From Chloroflexota bacterium (GTDB taxonomy: Bacteria > Chloroflexota > Dehalococcoidia > UBA2979), in the NCBI GenBank assembly GCA_016875635.1, contig VGPD01000005.1, positions 5,862 through 69,861 on the forward strand: a stretch of 64,000 bases of DNA. The letters run 5' to 3'. The translations under genes were made by a program, and so were the position numbers. Below, piece after piece: positions 1-10,346 of the stretch. Each line of letters starts with the position of its first letter. Position 1 is the stretch's first letter. The notes beneath the pieces were generated by a model. That model was not told the origin of the DNA and did not search any database. It worked only from the letters and a program-made list of their open reading frames with translations.

Positions 1-1612
1 CGGGGACCCTGCCCGTCGACGGGCATGTCGAGTTGTTGCAGTTGCTGGCGCCACTGCTCCTCGTAGGCTTCCTCGTCGTGGGAGTCGAATTCCTCGGCCA
101 TCTGGCGCTGGTAGGCCTCGAGGTCGCGCGAACGCTGGGCGATCTCGTCGGTGGTGAGGGGCTTGCGGTCCTGACTGCCGCCGAAGGCGCCCCAGCCGCC
201 GCCCTCGAGGAACATCGACATCTGGACGAGCGCCGTCGCGACGTCGGGGTTGAGGAGTTCGATCAGGTAGAGCAACTCGCCGTTCGGGCCTCGCCGGAGG
301 GCATCGAGCGCCGCGAGGAGGCCCGGGAGCTTCGACTGCATCTCGCCGATCCAGGCGGTGGCCCCTCCATCATCGAGAGCTTCTGCTCGATGTGCGCGCG
401 GCGCGTCTGGAGTTCCTGCATGTGTTCGCGCTGCCACTGCGGTGAGGCCTGGTCGAACGCGCTCTGCAGGTCGTTCGCGGCGTTCCGCAACTGTGTGCTC
501 GCACTGCGCAGCGGACCGGCGGGGTCGCCGGGACGTGCCGAGTTCAGCAGGTTCTGCATCCGCTCCAGTGAGCCGATCGCGTCCGCGAGGCCGAGAGACA
601 TCTCCTTCATCTCGTCGGCGTACTGCTCCAAGAAGCTTTTGTATTCGGTCAACCCTTCGCGGCTGTGCCAGATCCCCGCCGTCGTCTCGATCGGTGAGGT
701 CACGAGGTCCCACATGTTCGATCCGAAGGACTCGCCCACGATCCCGAACTGCTGGAAGTAGCTCTGCGCGTTGCCGATCGCGCCGATGATCGGCCGCGGC
801 GCCACGGTCCCGTCCGCGAACGTCGCCGCTGTCCCGGTCACACCGGCGCCGGTGGTCATCGCGGCACCGACCGCGCTCACACCCACGCCCGCAGCCGCCT
901 GTGCCTCGACCGCGGCGACCCGCGCGGGGCCCAGCAGATCCTTCAGGACCTGCGGCAGCCGCGCGAGGTCGTCGCCGCAGGTCTCCATCGCCTGCGCGAG
1001 CGTGCGCATGAAGGCGATGTCGTCCGCGTTGCAGACCAGGCCGAAGAAATCGTAGCCGCCGGCGCCCATGGCCTCGGCGGCCTGCGCGTTCGCGCCAGAA
1101 CCTTTCGGAAGCGACGCCGCGAGTTCGGTGCCCTCGTCGTAGAGCTTCGCGGCCCACTCGAAGAAGTCGTCCTGGCTTCGCATGAGGGTGCGGATCACCT
1201 GCGCCTGTTGTGCGGTGAGCGTCGATGAGCCGGTCACGAGCCCTCGCCCGTTCACGAGCATGGTGTTGATGACTCCGCGTGCGTCGTCCCCCGCCTTGAT
1301 CCAGCCGCGCGCCTGGATCAGCTGGCGCGACAGCCCCTGTAACACGCGGTCAAGGCGCTGGAGGAGGTTGAAGCCGAACGCCGCCGCCGTTTCGCGCTGG
1401 CTAATGATCATCTGCTCGAACGGGACGCCGACTTCCTCGGCCATCACCGCGAGTTGGACCAGTTCCTCACGGCGGCCGGTCTTTGCCAGCTCGAGTCCCA
1501 TCTCCCGGAGGACGGGCGAGGCCTCGATCAGTTGCTCCGCGCGGATATCGACGCCATAAATGGCATCCGCAAGCTCGAACACGACGATCTGCTGTTCCTG
1601 CTGCGCCGCCAT
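1..1612 (-). pseudogene. Large hypothetical helical protein with a CheW-like first ~20 aa; frameshifted near 362-365; runs off the left edge
   Basis: ATG at 1612 (MAAQQEQQIVVFELADAIYGVDI). The track ORF degenerates after MMEG. Adding one G to the GGGG run gives ATAWIGEMQSKLPGLLAALD...QQLDMPVDGQG, open to base 1 with normal codon usage. Confidence 0.6.
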
Positions 1613-1756
1613 GGACCCCACCACCTATCCAGAGGCGAAGACGCCCGCAGCGCCTCCGTTCAACTCTGAGTGTCGGCACGGCATGCAGCAAGGCCGATAG
1701 GGAACACCCTTGATCGGCGAGAATGTCAGCCAACAGTCAGATCCAAGCCTGGCACT

Positions 1757-2692
1757 TTAAGAATCGGTGAAGTTCGGACGCCGCTTCTCGGCGAAGGCGC
1801 GTGGCCCCTCGATCGAGTCCTGCATCCCCGCGAGGTTCGCCTCCAATGCCCCGCCGAAGGCCTCACCAAGGATCGGGTCCATGTAGTAGCCGCGGTACAT
1901 CGCCTCCTTCATGTTGCGGACGGCGCGCGGGGCCATGTCCAGAGCGCGGTGGGCGTACTCCATCGCCGCGTCCATCAGACCATCGGGAGAGGTGACGCGG
2001 TTCGCCCACCCGAGCTGGTAGCACCGCTGCGCGTCGAACAGTGTGTCCCCCCACATCGTGAGCTCGAGCGCGGGGCCGAGGCCGATCTGGCGGGTCAACG
2101 GGATCGCCCAGTGGGCAGCCGTAATGTTCCACCGCGCTTCCGCGATCCCCACGCGTGCGGTCTCCGACATCACGCGGATGTCGCACTGCATCGCAAACTG
2201 GAACCCCCCGGCGATGGCGAAGCCGTTGAGCGCCGCGATGGTGGGTTTCCAGACGCCCAGTTTCTCCGCAAGGGGAATCCAGTGCTTCGCGTCTCCCGCG
2301 TTGCGTCGCGCAAGCGCCTCGGACTGGCTGGGCTGTGGCTCTCGCGTCCGCGCGGCGGCGTTCAGCAGGTCAGCACCCGCACAGAATGCACGGTCGCCCG
2401 CCCCGGTGAGGATCGCCACACGGGCCTGCGGATCGTTGCGGAAATCGATCCAGGCGTCGTAGAGGGCCTCGTTCATCCCGTCGCCGATCGCGTTCATGCG
2501 ATGAGGGCGGTTCATCGTGATGACGTGGATCCGGCCATCCTCGACCTTCTCCACCTTCACCACGGGCCCGAACGTGCTCTGCGGCGTGTCCCGTCCGTGC
2601 TTCGTCGGGTCATAGGTCTCGTACTGGGATGCTTCGTGCTGGGTTGTTTCGTGCTGGGCCTCGTTGCTCACCGGTTCCTCCACCTCCGCCAC
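1757..2692 (-). CDS. Enoyl-CoA hydratase/isomerase (crotonase family)
   Basis: Motifs ITMNRPHRMNA, AFCAGADL, KPTIAALNGFAIAGG and EGPRAFAEKRRPNF. Confidence 0.92.
   Translation of the reverse strand: MAEVEEPVSNEAQHETTQHEASQYETYDPTKHGRDTPQSTFGPVVKVEKVEDGRIHVITMNRPHRMNAIGDGMNEALYDAWIDFRNDPQARVAILTGAGDRAFCAGADLLNAAARTREPQPSQSEALARRNAGDAKHWIPLAEKLGVWKPTIAALNGFAIAGGFQFAMQCDIRVMSETARVGIAEARWNITAAHWAIPLTRQIGLGPALELTMWGDTLFDAQRCYQLGWANRVTSPDGLMDAAMEYAHRALDMAPRAVRNMKEAMYRGYYMDPILGEAFGGALEANLAGMQDSIEGPRAFAEKRRPNFTDS
2619..2660 (-). repeat. Short in-frame 15-nt tandem repeat (about 3 copies) in the crotonase N-terminus
   Basis: + strand tcgtactgggatgct/tcgtgctgggttgtt/tcgtgctgggcc, encoding AQHE-TTQHE-ASQYE. 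Confidence 0.6.
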
Positions 2693-2874
2693 GCCCTCTC
2701 GGGCCGCCGCAGGATACTCCGGCCATCGGCGCCATTGCCGGAGCCGGCAGGCAGCGGGAGTCCGTCCGTCGAGGAGTCATGGGCCGCCCGGGGTCGGTGG
2801 GCGAGGGGGGTATGCTCGCGCGGGACGACCTACGGGAGGCCACCTTGCTCCGGTTCCGCGACATCCGCACCGAG

Positions 2875-4131
2875 ATGACCGACTACTCAACGGGCAAGGT
2901 GTTCTACGGCTGGTACATCGTTGCCGCAGGAGTCGCCCTGCTGGTCATCACCCAGGGACTGATGTCACACGCCTTCGGCGCCTACGTGGTGCTGCTCCGT
3001 GGCGAGTTCGGCTGGAGCGCGACCCTGGTTTCATCCGCGGTGGTCTTCACCCGGCTGGAGGACGGCATCCTGGGCCCGGTACAGGGCTGGCTGATTGACC
3101 GATACGGGCCACGCGCCGTGATGCGCGTCGGGCTCGTGATGTACGGGGTGGGCTTCATCCTGTTCAGCCAGCTGCACTCCCCCCTCGTCTATTTCCTGAC
3201 GTTCGCACTGCTCTCCACGGGCGCCAACCTCGGAGGCTTCATCGCCCTCCAGGTCGCGGTGGTGAACTGGTTCGACGCCCGGCGAGCAACGGCGATCGCG
3301 CTGCTCTCGGTGGGGCTCTCCCTGGCTGGGCTCAGTTCTTCGATCGTGATCCTTGCACTGGACCAGTTTGGCTGGCGGACCGTGGCGTTCGCCTCCGGGC
3401 TGCTGGTGTTCGCGGTCGGGATCCCCCTGGCGCAACTGATCCGGCACCGTCCCGAGGAGTTCGGGTCGATACCGGACGGCGTGCGATCGCCGGCCGCGAC
3501 CGCCCATGCCCTCTCGCACCCGGTCGCAAAGCCCTTCGATTTCACGCCACGCGAGGCGATGCGGACCGCGGCATTCTGGTTCCTCTCCCTCGGGCACGCC
3601 ACAGGTGTGCTGGTCGTGGGAGCCATGACCGTCCACCTGGTGCCGCACCTGAAGAACCTCGGCTATTCGCTGGGCGAATCCAGCTTTGTCGTCGCCCTCA
3701 TCCCGCTCTCGATGCTGGGAGGGCGGGTGATCGCGGTTGCGGTGGGCGACTGGGGGGACAAGCGGATCGTCGCCGCGACGTCGATGGTGGGACATGTTGT
3801 CGCACCGTTGCTGCTCGCCTTCGCGCAGCACTACGTCATGGTGGTCGCGTTCGCGTTGATCCTCGGCGTGTCATGGGCGACCCGCGGCCCGGTGGTCCAG
3901 GCGATGCGCGCGGACTACTTCGGCCGTGCCTCCTTCGGCACGATCATGGGGTTTTCGTCGATGGTGATCATGATCGGCTCGATCGCCGGCCCGCTGATCC
4001 CGGCCTGGCTCGTTGACATCACCGGCAGCTACCGGATGGGATTCACCACGATCGCGGCGATCGCAGCGCTCGGCTGCCTGTTCTTCATGCTGTCCGTGAG
4101 GCCCACCCCGCCGGCCCGGGACGCCTCGTAA
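2875..4131 (+). CDS. MFS transporter (OFA/MCT-like)
   Basis: FYGWYIV start, motif A GWLIDRYGPR, about 12 hydrophobic segments, ADYFGR; ATG at 2875 preferred over the track start. Confidence 0.9.
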   Translation: MTDYSTGKVFYGWYIVAAGVALLVITQGLMSHAFGAYVVLLRGEFGWSATLVSSAVVFTRLEDGILGPVQGWLIDRYGPRAVMRVGLVMYGVGFILFSQLHSPLVYFLTFALLSTGANLGGFIALQVAVVNWFDARRATAIALLSVGLSLAGLSSSIVILALDQFGWRTVAFASGLLVFAVGIPLAQLIRHRPEEFGSIPDGVRSPAATAHALSHPVAKPFDFTPREAMRTAAFWFLSLGHATGVLVVGAMTVHLVPHLKNLGYSLGESSFVVALIPLSMLGGRVIAVAVGDWGDKRIVAATSMVGHVVAPLLLAFAQHYVMVVAFALILGVSWATRGPVVQAMRADYFGRASFGTIMGFSSMVIMIGSIAGPLIPAWLVDITGSYRMGFTTIAAIAALGCLFFMLSVRPTPPARDAS

Positions 4132-4152
4132 CGAGGATTACCCTCAGGCCGA

Positions 4153-4572
4153 TCAGCGTGGCTCCGGTGTCGCCACGCGTACGACCTCACAGGTGACGCG
4201 GAGCTTCGCGTTGAGCGCGCCATCCGCGGTGTCCCGCAATTCGACTTCGCCCACGACGATCCGGCCCCCCTTGCGGAGTACGCGCGCCTCGATGCTCGTG
4301 ACTTCGCCACGTGCGCTGTCGAGGAACGCAACGGTCAGTTCGTGGGTGCGCCCGGCCCGCTCGCCGGGCCCCATAAGGGTGTGCAGGCATACCTGCATCG
4401 CTGCGTTGCCGAGCACCGCCACGAGGCCGCCGTTGATCGAGTCGCGGGCGCCGCGCAGCCGGACTGCCTCGCGCGGGATCGAGAGACGCGCATAGCCTTC
4501 TCGGGTCTCCTCGACTCGTACGCCGAACTGACGGAAAAACGGGGTCGTCGACCAATCCGGAGTGCTGGTCAC
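4153..4572 (-). CDS. PaaI-family hotdog thioesterase
   Basis: SINGGLVAVL and EARVLRKGGRIVVGEVEL; its start overlaps the stop of the upstream paralog. Confidence 0.8.
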   Translation of the reverse strand: MTSTPDWSTTPFFRQFGVRVEETREGYARLSIPREAVRLRGARDSINGGLVAVLGNAAMQVCLHTLMGPGERAGRTHELTVAFLDSARGEVTSIEARVLRKGGRIVVGEVELRDTADGALNAKLRVTCEVVRVATPEPR

Positions 4573-5000
4573 GCGGCACCTCCCGGCGTCTTCTGCCGCA
4601 CAGAGAACGTCGCCAGCCCCCGCAGGACCATGCGCCCGTCCGGTTCACGTCCGACGAGGTCGACGGTCGCCTCCATCTCGTTCTGGGCGGCCACGCGCGC
4701 CTCGACCGTCACCGTGCTACCCGGCGCAGCGATGAAACTCAGGTGGAGGCTCATCGTGCCGTTGGGCTGCTCGCGTTCCTCGTCCAGATGCGCCCGCACG
4801 GCAGAGAGCGCCACGACGTCGGCGACGTACGACAGCGCCGACGTCGCGAACAGCGGATCGTCATCCCGCTCGTCCCCGTACGGCAGTTCAACGGCGATCG
4901 CGGCGTAGCTCCGCGCGATCGTCACCGGCCGCACACCGAGTCGCTGTTGGTCCGCGGACCCCCAGCTTGAGCGCCATGTCTCCAAATCAGGGACGGCCAC
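4569..5000 (-). CDS. PaaI-like hotdog-fold protein
   Basis: GGAGG RBS then GTG at 5000; NGTMSLHLSFIAAP...VEARV...RGLATFSV. Confidence 0.7.
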   Translation of the reverse strand: MAVPDLETWRSSWGSADQQRLGVRPVTIARSYAAIAVELPYGDERDDDPLFATSALSYVADVVALSAVRAHLDEEREQPNGTMSLHLSFIAAPGSTVTVEARVAAQNEMEATVDLVGREPDGRMVLRGLATFSVRQKTPGGAA

Positions 5001-5225
5001 CTGGCTACCTCCTCGCCTCCGGGAACCCCGGCGGAGGCGAAAGCGTACCGAGGCCTCCCGTCTGAACGGAAGCGATGGACAGCCACTCGGCCGCTCCCAC
5101 TGCCGTTCCCACCTGGCACATGACCTTCGGCCCTCGCGGCGAGCCCGGGACAGCGGCACGATTGCTGCCTCAGGGGCGTCAGCAGTCGCGCGCCCCGTCA
5201 GGACGAGCATGGAGGAAGCGTCGCG

Positions 5226-6590
5226 ATGGCGAACGACACCAAATACCTGCTGGACGAATCCAGGATCCCGACGCACTGGTACAACATCCAGGCGGACCTG
5301 CCGCACCCGCTTGCGCCGCCGCTGCACCCCGGGACGGGGCAGCCGATCGGCCCGGCCGACCTCGCGCCGCTGTTCCCGATGGGGGCGATCCTGCAGGAGG
5401 TTTCAACGGAGCGGTGGATCGAGATCCCGGAGCCGGTGCGCGAGGCCTACCGGTTGTACCGGCCTTCGCCTCTGTATCGCGCCCGCCGCCTGGAGCGGGC
5501 GCTCCAGACCCCAGCCCACATCTACTACAAGTACGAAGGTGTGAGTCCCGTCGGCTCGCACAAGGTGAACTCCGCCCTGGCGCAGGTCTACATGAACAAG
5601 CAGGAGGGCGTGAAGCGGATCACGACCGAGACGGGCGCCGGGCAATGGGGCTCGGCGCTCGCGTTCGCCTGCCAGATGTTCGGCATCGAGTTGAAGATCT
5701 ACATGGTGAAGGTCTCCTACGAACAGAAGCCGTACCGCAAGGCGATGATGCATGTGTTCGGGGCGGACGTGGTGCCGAGCCCGAGCCCGGACACCAACGC
5801 CGGGCGTTCCGTGCTGGGGGAAGACCCGCACTCTAGCGGCTCGCTGGGCATCGCGATCTCCGAGGCGGTCGAGGACGCGGCCTCGCGGGAGGACACCAAG
5901 TACTCGCTGGGCTCGGTGCTGAACCATGTGCTGCTGCACCAGACCGTCATTGGCCAGGAGGCACAGGCGCAGATGGAGATGGCGGGCGAGATGCCCGACG
6001 TGGTGATCGGCTGCGTGGGGGGCGGTTCGAACTACGCGGGACTCGCCTTCCCGTTCATGCGTGCCCGGATGGCGGGGGAGTCGAAGACACGGTTCGTGGC
6101 GGCGGAGCCCGCCTCGTGCCCCTCGCTGACGAAGGGGCTGTACACGTACGACTTCGGCGACACGGTTGGCCTCACGCCGCTCGTGAAAATGCACACGCTG
6201 GGGCACGCGTTCATGCCGCCGGCGATCCATGCCGGCGGGCTGCGGTACCACGGGATGGCGCCGCTGATCAGCCAGTTGCACGCGGACGGCTTCATCGACG
6301 CGCGCGCGTTCCCGCAGAACAGCGTGTTCGATGCGGCCGTGCAATTCACGCGCGCCGAGGGCATCCTGCCGGCGCCCGAATCGGCGCACGCCATCCGCGC
6401 GGCGATCGACGAGGCGATCGAGGCACGCGAGGCGGAGACCGCTCGGACCATCCTCTTCAACCTCTCGGGGCACGGGTTTCTGGACTTGGGCGCGTACGAG
6501 CAGTACCTCGCCGGCGACCTGGAGGATTACGAGTACCCGGCGGACCGGATCGAGGAGGCGCTGAAGGGGATCCCGAAGGTCGCCTCGTAG
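5226..6590 (+). CDS. trpB2: TrpB2, tryptophan synthase beta-like PLP enzyme
   Basis: [19 protein letters not shown] (PLP Lys), [24 protein letters not shown]; stand-alone, no trpA nearby. Confidence 0.95.
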   Translation: MANDTKYLLDESRIPTHWYNIQADLPHPLAPPLHPGTGQPIGPADLAPLFPMGAILQEVSTERWIEIPEPVREAYRLYRPSPLYRARRLERALQTPAHIYYKYEGVSPVGSHKVNSALAQVYMNKQEGVKRITTETGAGQWGSALAFACQMFGIELKIYMVKVSYEQKPYRKAMMHVFGADVVPSPSPDTNAGRSVLGEDPHSSGSLGIAISEAVEDAASREDTKYSLGSVLNHVLLHQTVIGQEAQAQMEMAGEMPDVVIGCVGGGSNYAGLAFPFMRARMAGESKTRFVAAEPASCPSLTKGLYTYDFGDTVGLTPLVKMHTLGHAFMPPAIHAGGLRYHGMAPLISQLHADGFIDARAFPQNSVFDAAVQFTRAEGILPAPESAHAIRAAIDEAIEAREAETARTILFNLSGHGFLDLGAYEQYLAGDLEDYEYPADRIEEALKGIPKVAS

Positions 6591-6696
6591 ATCCAAAGGA
6601 AGCCACGAACGAGACGGCGCCCGCATGGGCACCGTCTTTGCGCAAGTGGGACACTGCCCCGGCTGAGCGAGCGGAGTCGACGACTGGGAGGGCGAG

Positions 6697-7542
6697 ATGG
6701 GCAAGCTGGACGGGAAGGTCGCGCTGATCACGGGCGCCAGCCGCGGCATCGGCCAGGGGATCGCGGAGGAGTTCGCGCGCGAGGGCGCGAAGGTGGTGTG
6801 CGCCGCGCGCACGCTGCATGAGGGCGACCACATGCTGGCGGGGAGCCTCGACCGGACGGTGACGCGGATCCGCGACGCGGGCGGCGAGGCGCTGGCCGTC
6901 ACGGCAGACGTGTCGAAGGAAGAGGACTGCAACCGCATCGTCGAGGAGGCGAAGGCCGCCTTCGGCCCGGTCGACATCCTCATCAACAACGCCGCACTGA
7001 ACTACTACATCCCGATCGTCGACTACCCGGCGAGCCGGTGGATTCGGGCCTTCGCGGTGAACGTCCACGGGCCGTTCATGCTCTCGCGCGCCGTCCTGCC
7101 GGACATGATCGCGAAGCGCTCCGGTGCCATCGTGAACATCTCCTCGGTGGGTGCGATCGGGCCGGGCCGAGGGCCCTACCCCGGCGCGAAGGCGACAGGC
7201 GGCGTGATGTACGGCGCGTCGAAGGCCGCACTGGAACGGTTCACGCAGGGTCTCGCGCAGGAGGTCTACGAGTACGGCGTCACGGTCGCCTGCTACTCCC
7301 CGGGCATCGGCGTCGCGACCGAGGGCACGGTGCACTTCGGCCTCGCCAAGAGCCTCGACGACCCGGACCGCGAGCCGATGTCGATGATGTCCCGCGCCGC
7401 TCTACTGCTGGCGACGGAGCCGCTGGACAAGGTGACGGGGCGGGTGACGTACAGCCAGGAGATCCTGAAGGATTTCGGCTGGATCAGCGAGGGCCATGGC
7501 CTCGGCATCGACCGGCCGGGGTCGGGGTTCTCACGGATGTAG
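6697..7542 (+). CDS. Short-chain dehydrogenase/reductase
   Basis: TGASRGIG, NNA, YGASK. Confidence 0.92.
   Translation: MGKLDGKVALITGASRGIGQGIAEEFAREGAKVVCAARTLHEGDHMLAGSLDRTVTRIRDAGGEALAVTADVSKEEDCNRIVEEAKAAFGPVDILINNAALNYYIPIVDYPASRWIRAFAVNVHGPFMLSRAVLPDMIAKRSGAIVNISSVGAIGPGRGPYPGAKATGGVMYGASKAALERFTQGLAQEVYEYGVTVACYSPGIGVATEGTVHFGLAKSLDDPDREPMSMMSRAALLLATEPLDKVTGRVTYSQEILKDFGWISEGHGLGIDRPGSGFSRM
7488..7542 (+). repeat. Direct repeat copy 1 (3' end of the SDR gene)
   Basis: cgagggccatggcctcggcatcgaccggccggggtcggggttctcacggatgtag. Confidence 0.9.
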
Positions 7543-7601
7543 CACGCTGCTCTTCATGCTTCGTTCACTTTTAACGTGCCACCAACCCCTACGATTCGGC
7601 A

Positions 7602-8105
7602 ATGAACCTGACGCGCCCCACAATCGTCCTAGCGTCGCTCGCCGCGGTACTCATGCTGGCATGCGGGCCCGAGGGCGGTCGTCCGGAGACATCGACTGCT
7701 GCGCCCGAGGTAGCAACTACCGAGACCTCAACGGGCGGCTCTGTACGGGTGCCCAAGGGGTATCAGCCTCCGAACGACCGGGTACCGTCGACCGGCGCGA
7801 CTATCCCGGTCAACGGGAAGCCCACGCTCGTCTACGTCGATGCGATCTGGTGACCGTTCTGCGCAATCGCGCGGCCCGTCGTGCACGGGCTTCGATACGA
7901 CTACCAGGACCGAGTGAACTTCGTCATCCTCGACTACGACATCGAGGCAGACGGACGACTGGCACAGCGGCTCGGCGTCCGTGCACACCCCGCGTACGCG
8001 GTCATACAACCTGACGGCGAGCGTGTGATCGAACGCAGATTCGGTGCGTTGGACGCTGTCGCCCTACGCGCGCTGCTCGATTCGCTCGCGTCGGTACCTC
8101 GGTAA
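7602..8105 (+). CDS. Thioredoxin-like lipoprotein, predicted selenoprotein (W-U-P-F-C; TGA at 7851-7853)
   Basis: Track ORFs 7602..7853 and 7881..8105 are in one frame. Read-through gives KPTLVYVDAIW-U-PFCAIARPVVHGLRYDYQDRVNFVILDYD...GVRAHP, a Trx fold with cis-Pro. Lipobox LMLAC. Confidence 0.85.
7874..7890 (+). promoter_or_regulatory. Candidate bacterial SECIS hairpin
   Basis: GCCCGT-CGTGC-ACGGGC, starting 20 nt after the TGA, with GU in the loop. Confidence 0.5.
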
Positions 8106-8117
8106 CGTCCAAGCGAT

Positions 8118-8171
8118 CGAGGGCCATGGCCTCGGCATCGACCGACCAGGCTCGGGTTCTCACGGATGTAA
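8118..8171 (+). repeat. Direct repeat copy 2 (degenerate duplicate of the SDR 3' end)
   Basis: cgagggccatggcctcggcatcgaccgaccaggctcgggttctcacggatgtaa; a few substitutions and a 1-nt deletion versus copy 1. Confidence 0.9.
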
Positions 8172-8180
8172 CAATGGCCC

Positions 8181-8234
8181 GACCCCAACATGGACGGCGC
8201 CCCTGGAGGGAGGGGCGCCGTCCATGTTGGGGTC
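8181..8234. terminator. Perfect 24-bp inverted repeat between convergent genes
   Basis: gaccccaacatggacggcgcccct-ggaggg-aggggcgccgtccatgttggggtc. Confidence 0.75.
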
Positions 8235-8274
8235 CAGGCGGCCGCGTCGGGGGTGGACGACGCAGCCGACGTGG

Positions 8275-10281
8275 TCAGGAGCCGATACGACCGCCGTCGT
8301 GCTTGGTCACGACGATGAGGCTCGGCAGCGCGGGCCAGGTGCCATCCGGCCAAACGCTTTGCGGCTCGTTGGGGCCCTTCCCACCCTCACCGGGGTGCTG
8401 GATGTTGGCGAAGAGTGCGCGGTAGTCCGTGCTGAACTCCGGCCCGCAGACCTCCGCACCGGGAGGAGAGTTCAGGAAGGCCTGCAGCTTCCCGCGATCC
8501 GGCCCGGCGATCGGGACGGCGAAGATCGAGTCGTTCTTCTTGATCGGGTTGAACTGGCCGTCCGTGGCGATCCACATGTTGCCGATCCCATCGAAGGCGA
8601 CGTTGTCCGGTGCCCCGATCGCGCTCACGTCACGCTTGTCGAAGCCGGCGTAATAGGTGTCCGAATTCGAAGGATCACCGCAGACCATGAAGATCGACCA
8701 GGTGAACCGTGTCGACGCGAAGTCGCCGTTGCGCTCGTCCATCTCGATGATGTGACCGGCGGCGTTGTTCGGCCGCGGGTTCGGGCCGTCGATCTGGGCG
8801 ACGGTGCGGCCGGTGTTGTTCGTGCACACCATGTAGATACGATTGTTCGCCGGGTTGATCTCCACGTCCTCGGGGCGGTCCATCGGGGTGGCCTTCACGG
8901 CGTCACCGGCGCCTCGGGTGTTGACGAGGACCTGCAACACCGTCCAGTTCGCAAGCGCGCCCTTGCCGGCCTCAAGCGGGATCCACTCGCCCGTGCCGTC
9001 GTCCGAGAACTTCGCGACATACAACGTGCCCTCGTCCAGCAGGGCCATGTTGGCAGCCTTCGCGCTGGGGGACGGGTTGTAGATGCCCTTCGAGACGAAC
9101 TTGTAGAGGTAGTCGAACCGCTCGTCGTCCCCGGAATAGACCACGACCTGGCCGGAACTGGCGATGCCGACTGAGGCCGCCTCGTGCTTGAACCGACCGA
9201 GGGCGGTGCGCTTCTTCGGGACGAACGTCTGGTCATACGGGTCGATCTCGACGAGGTACCCGAACCGGTTGACCTCGTTTGGCTCCTTCGCCGCGTCAAA
9301 GCGGTCGATCAGCCGCTCCCACTGGCGCTCGGTCGTCTTCCCGGGCACGCCGTAGCGCTTGTTCATCGCCTTCTGAGGGGTCGTGTCAGTCAGACTGTCG
9401 CTGTTGCCGAAATACTGGTTGAAGTTCTCCTCCGCGGTGAGGACCGTCCCCCACGGGGTGCGACCACCGGCGCAGTTGTTGAGCGTGCCCAGGACGGTGG
9501 TGCCAGTGGGGTCGGCCGAGGTCTTCATCATCGCATCGCCCCGGAGCGGTCTCGTGATCTCGATGGGAGTCGTGCCGGTAATGCGGGGGTTGTAGCGCGA
9601 GTCCAATCTCGGCGCCCAGACCACACCCAGACGGGCCAGCTCGACGAAGGTCATGCCGTGGGCGGCCAGCTAGACGTCGACCTGGGCCCGGGTCGCGGTC
9701 GCCCCGCTGTACGAGCGGAACATGCGGGAACCCTCGGTGTATTCGTGGTTGATGGCCATGATGCCACCGGTCGACCCCTCGAGCGGGAAGAAGACGTTGA
9801 GGTCGCAGTTGTAGCCGAAGGTCTTCGCCTGGAGTTCAGCGGAGACATTGTCGAGAGTCATACGCGGGGTATTCGGGAAGATCGGGTCGCCCCAGCGAAG
9901 CACGACCTGCGACGTGTAACCCGGTGCCACGACGACCGTGTCGGCCGTGTGGAGCGGGATACCGGCGAACCCGAGGCTCCGGCCCTCAATGGCAGCCTCG
10001 GCACGCCTCGCGCCGACGGGGGTACCGAGCAGGCCCGAGGCGAGCGGGGTACCAGCCGCGACCAGCGGGATCGCGGCCGCTGCCGCACCCTTGATGAGCG
10101 AACGACGGCCGAAGCGACGCGCCATGATGGAGGCCATGCTGTCGCGGCCATGCTGCTCGTTCGGCGCCTCGTGGAAGCAGGCGCCGGCACACTTCCAGAT
10201 GCACTTGTTCGGGATCAGGGCATTGCGGTCTTCGACGAACTGCAGAGGCTGCGGTTCAGGTCGCTCGGGCGTGATGGACAT
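8275..10281 (-). pseudogene. phoX: PhoX-family Tat-exported alkaline phosphatase interrupted by an in-frame TAG at 9670-9672
   Basis: Tat motif GRRSLIKG; FGYNCD, NHEY, GTLNNCAGGRTPWGTVLTAEEN, GRFKHEA, MDRPED, NIQHPGE. Both halves are in frame: QVDV*LAAHG. Confidence 0.85.
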
Positions 10282-10346
10282 CGATACTCCGCTCTTTTGC
10301 AGGGGTGAATGCCGCTGGTGATGGCACTCAGAGCGTCGAGTGTGCC

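Noticed and set aside
1690-1720. Sigma-28 promoter (GCCGAT) upstream of the CheW-like start
   Set aside because: No TAAA at the right spacing; the GCCGAT copies form a hairpin after the crotonase gene.
5050-5080. Moco-riboswitch-like GCCTCCCG...GGAA fragment
   Set aside because: The other elements are absent and the flanking genes are unrelated to molybdenum.
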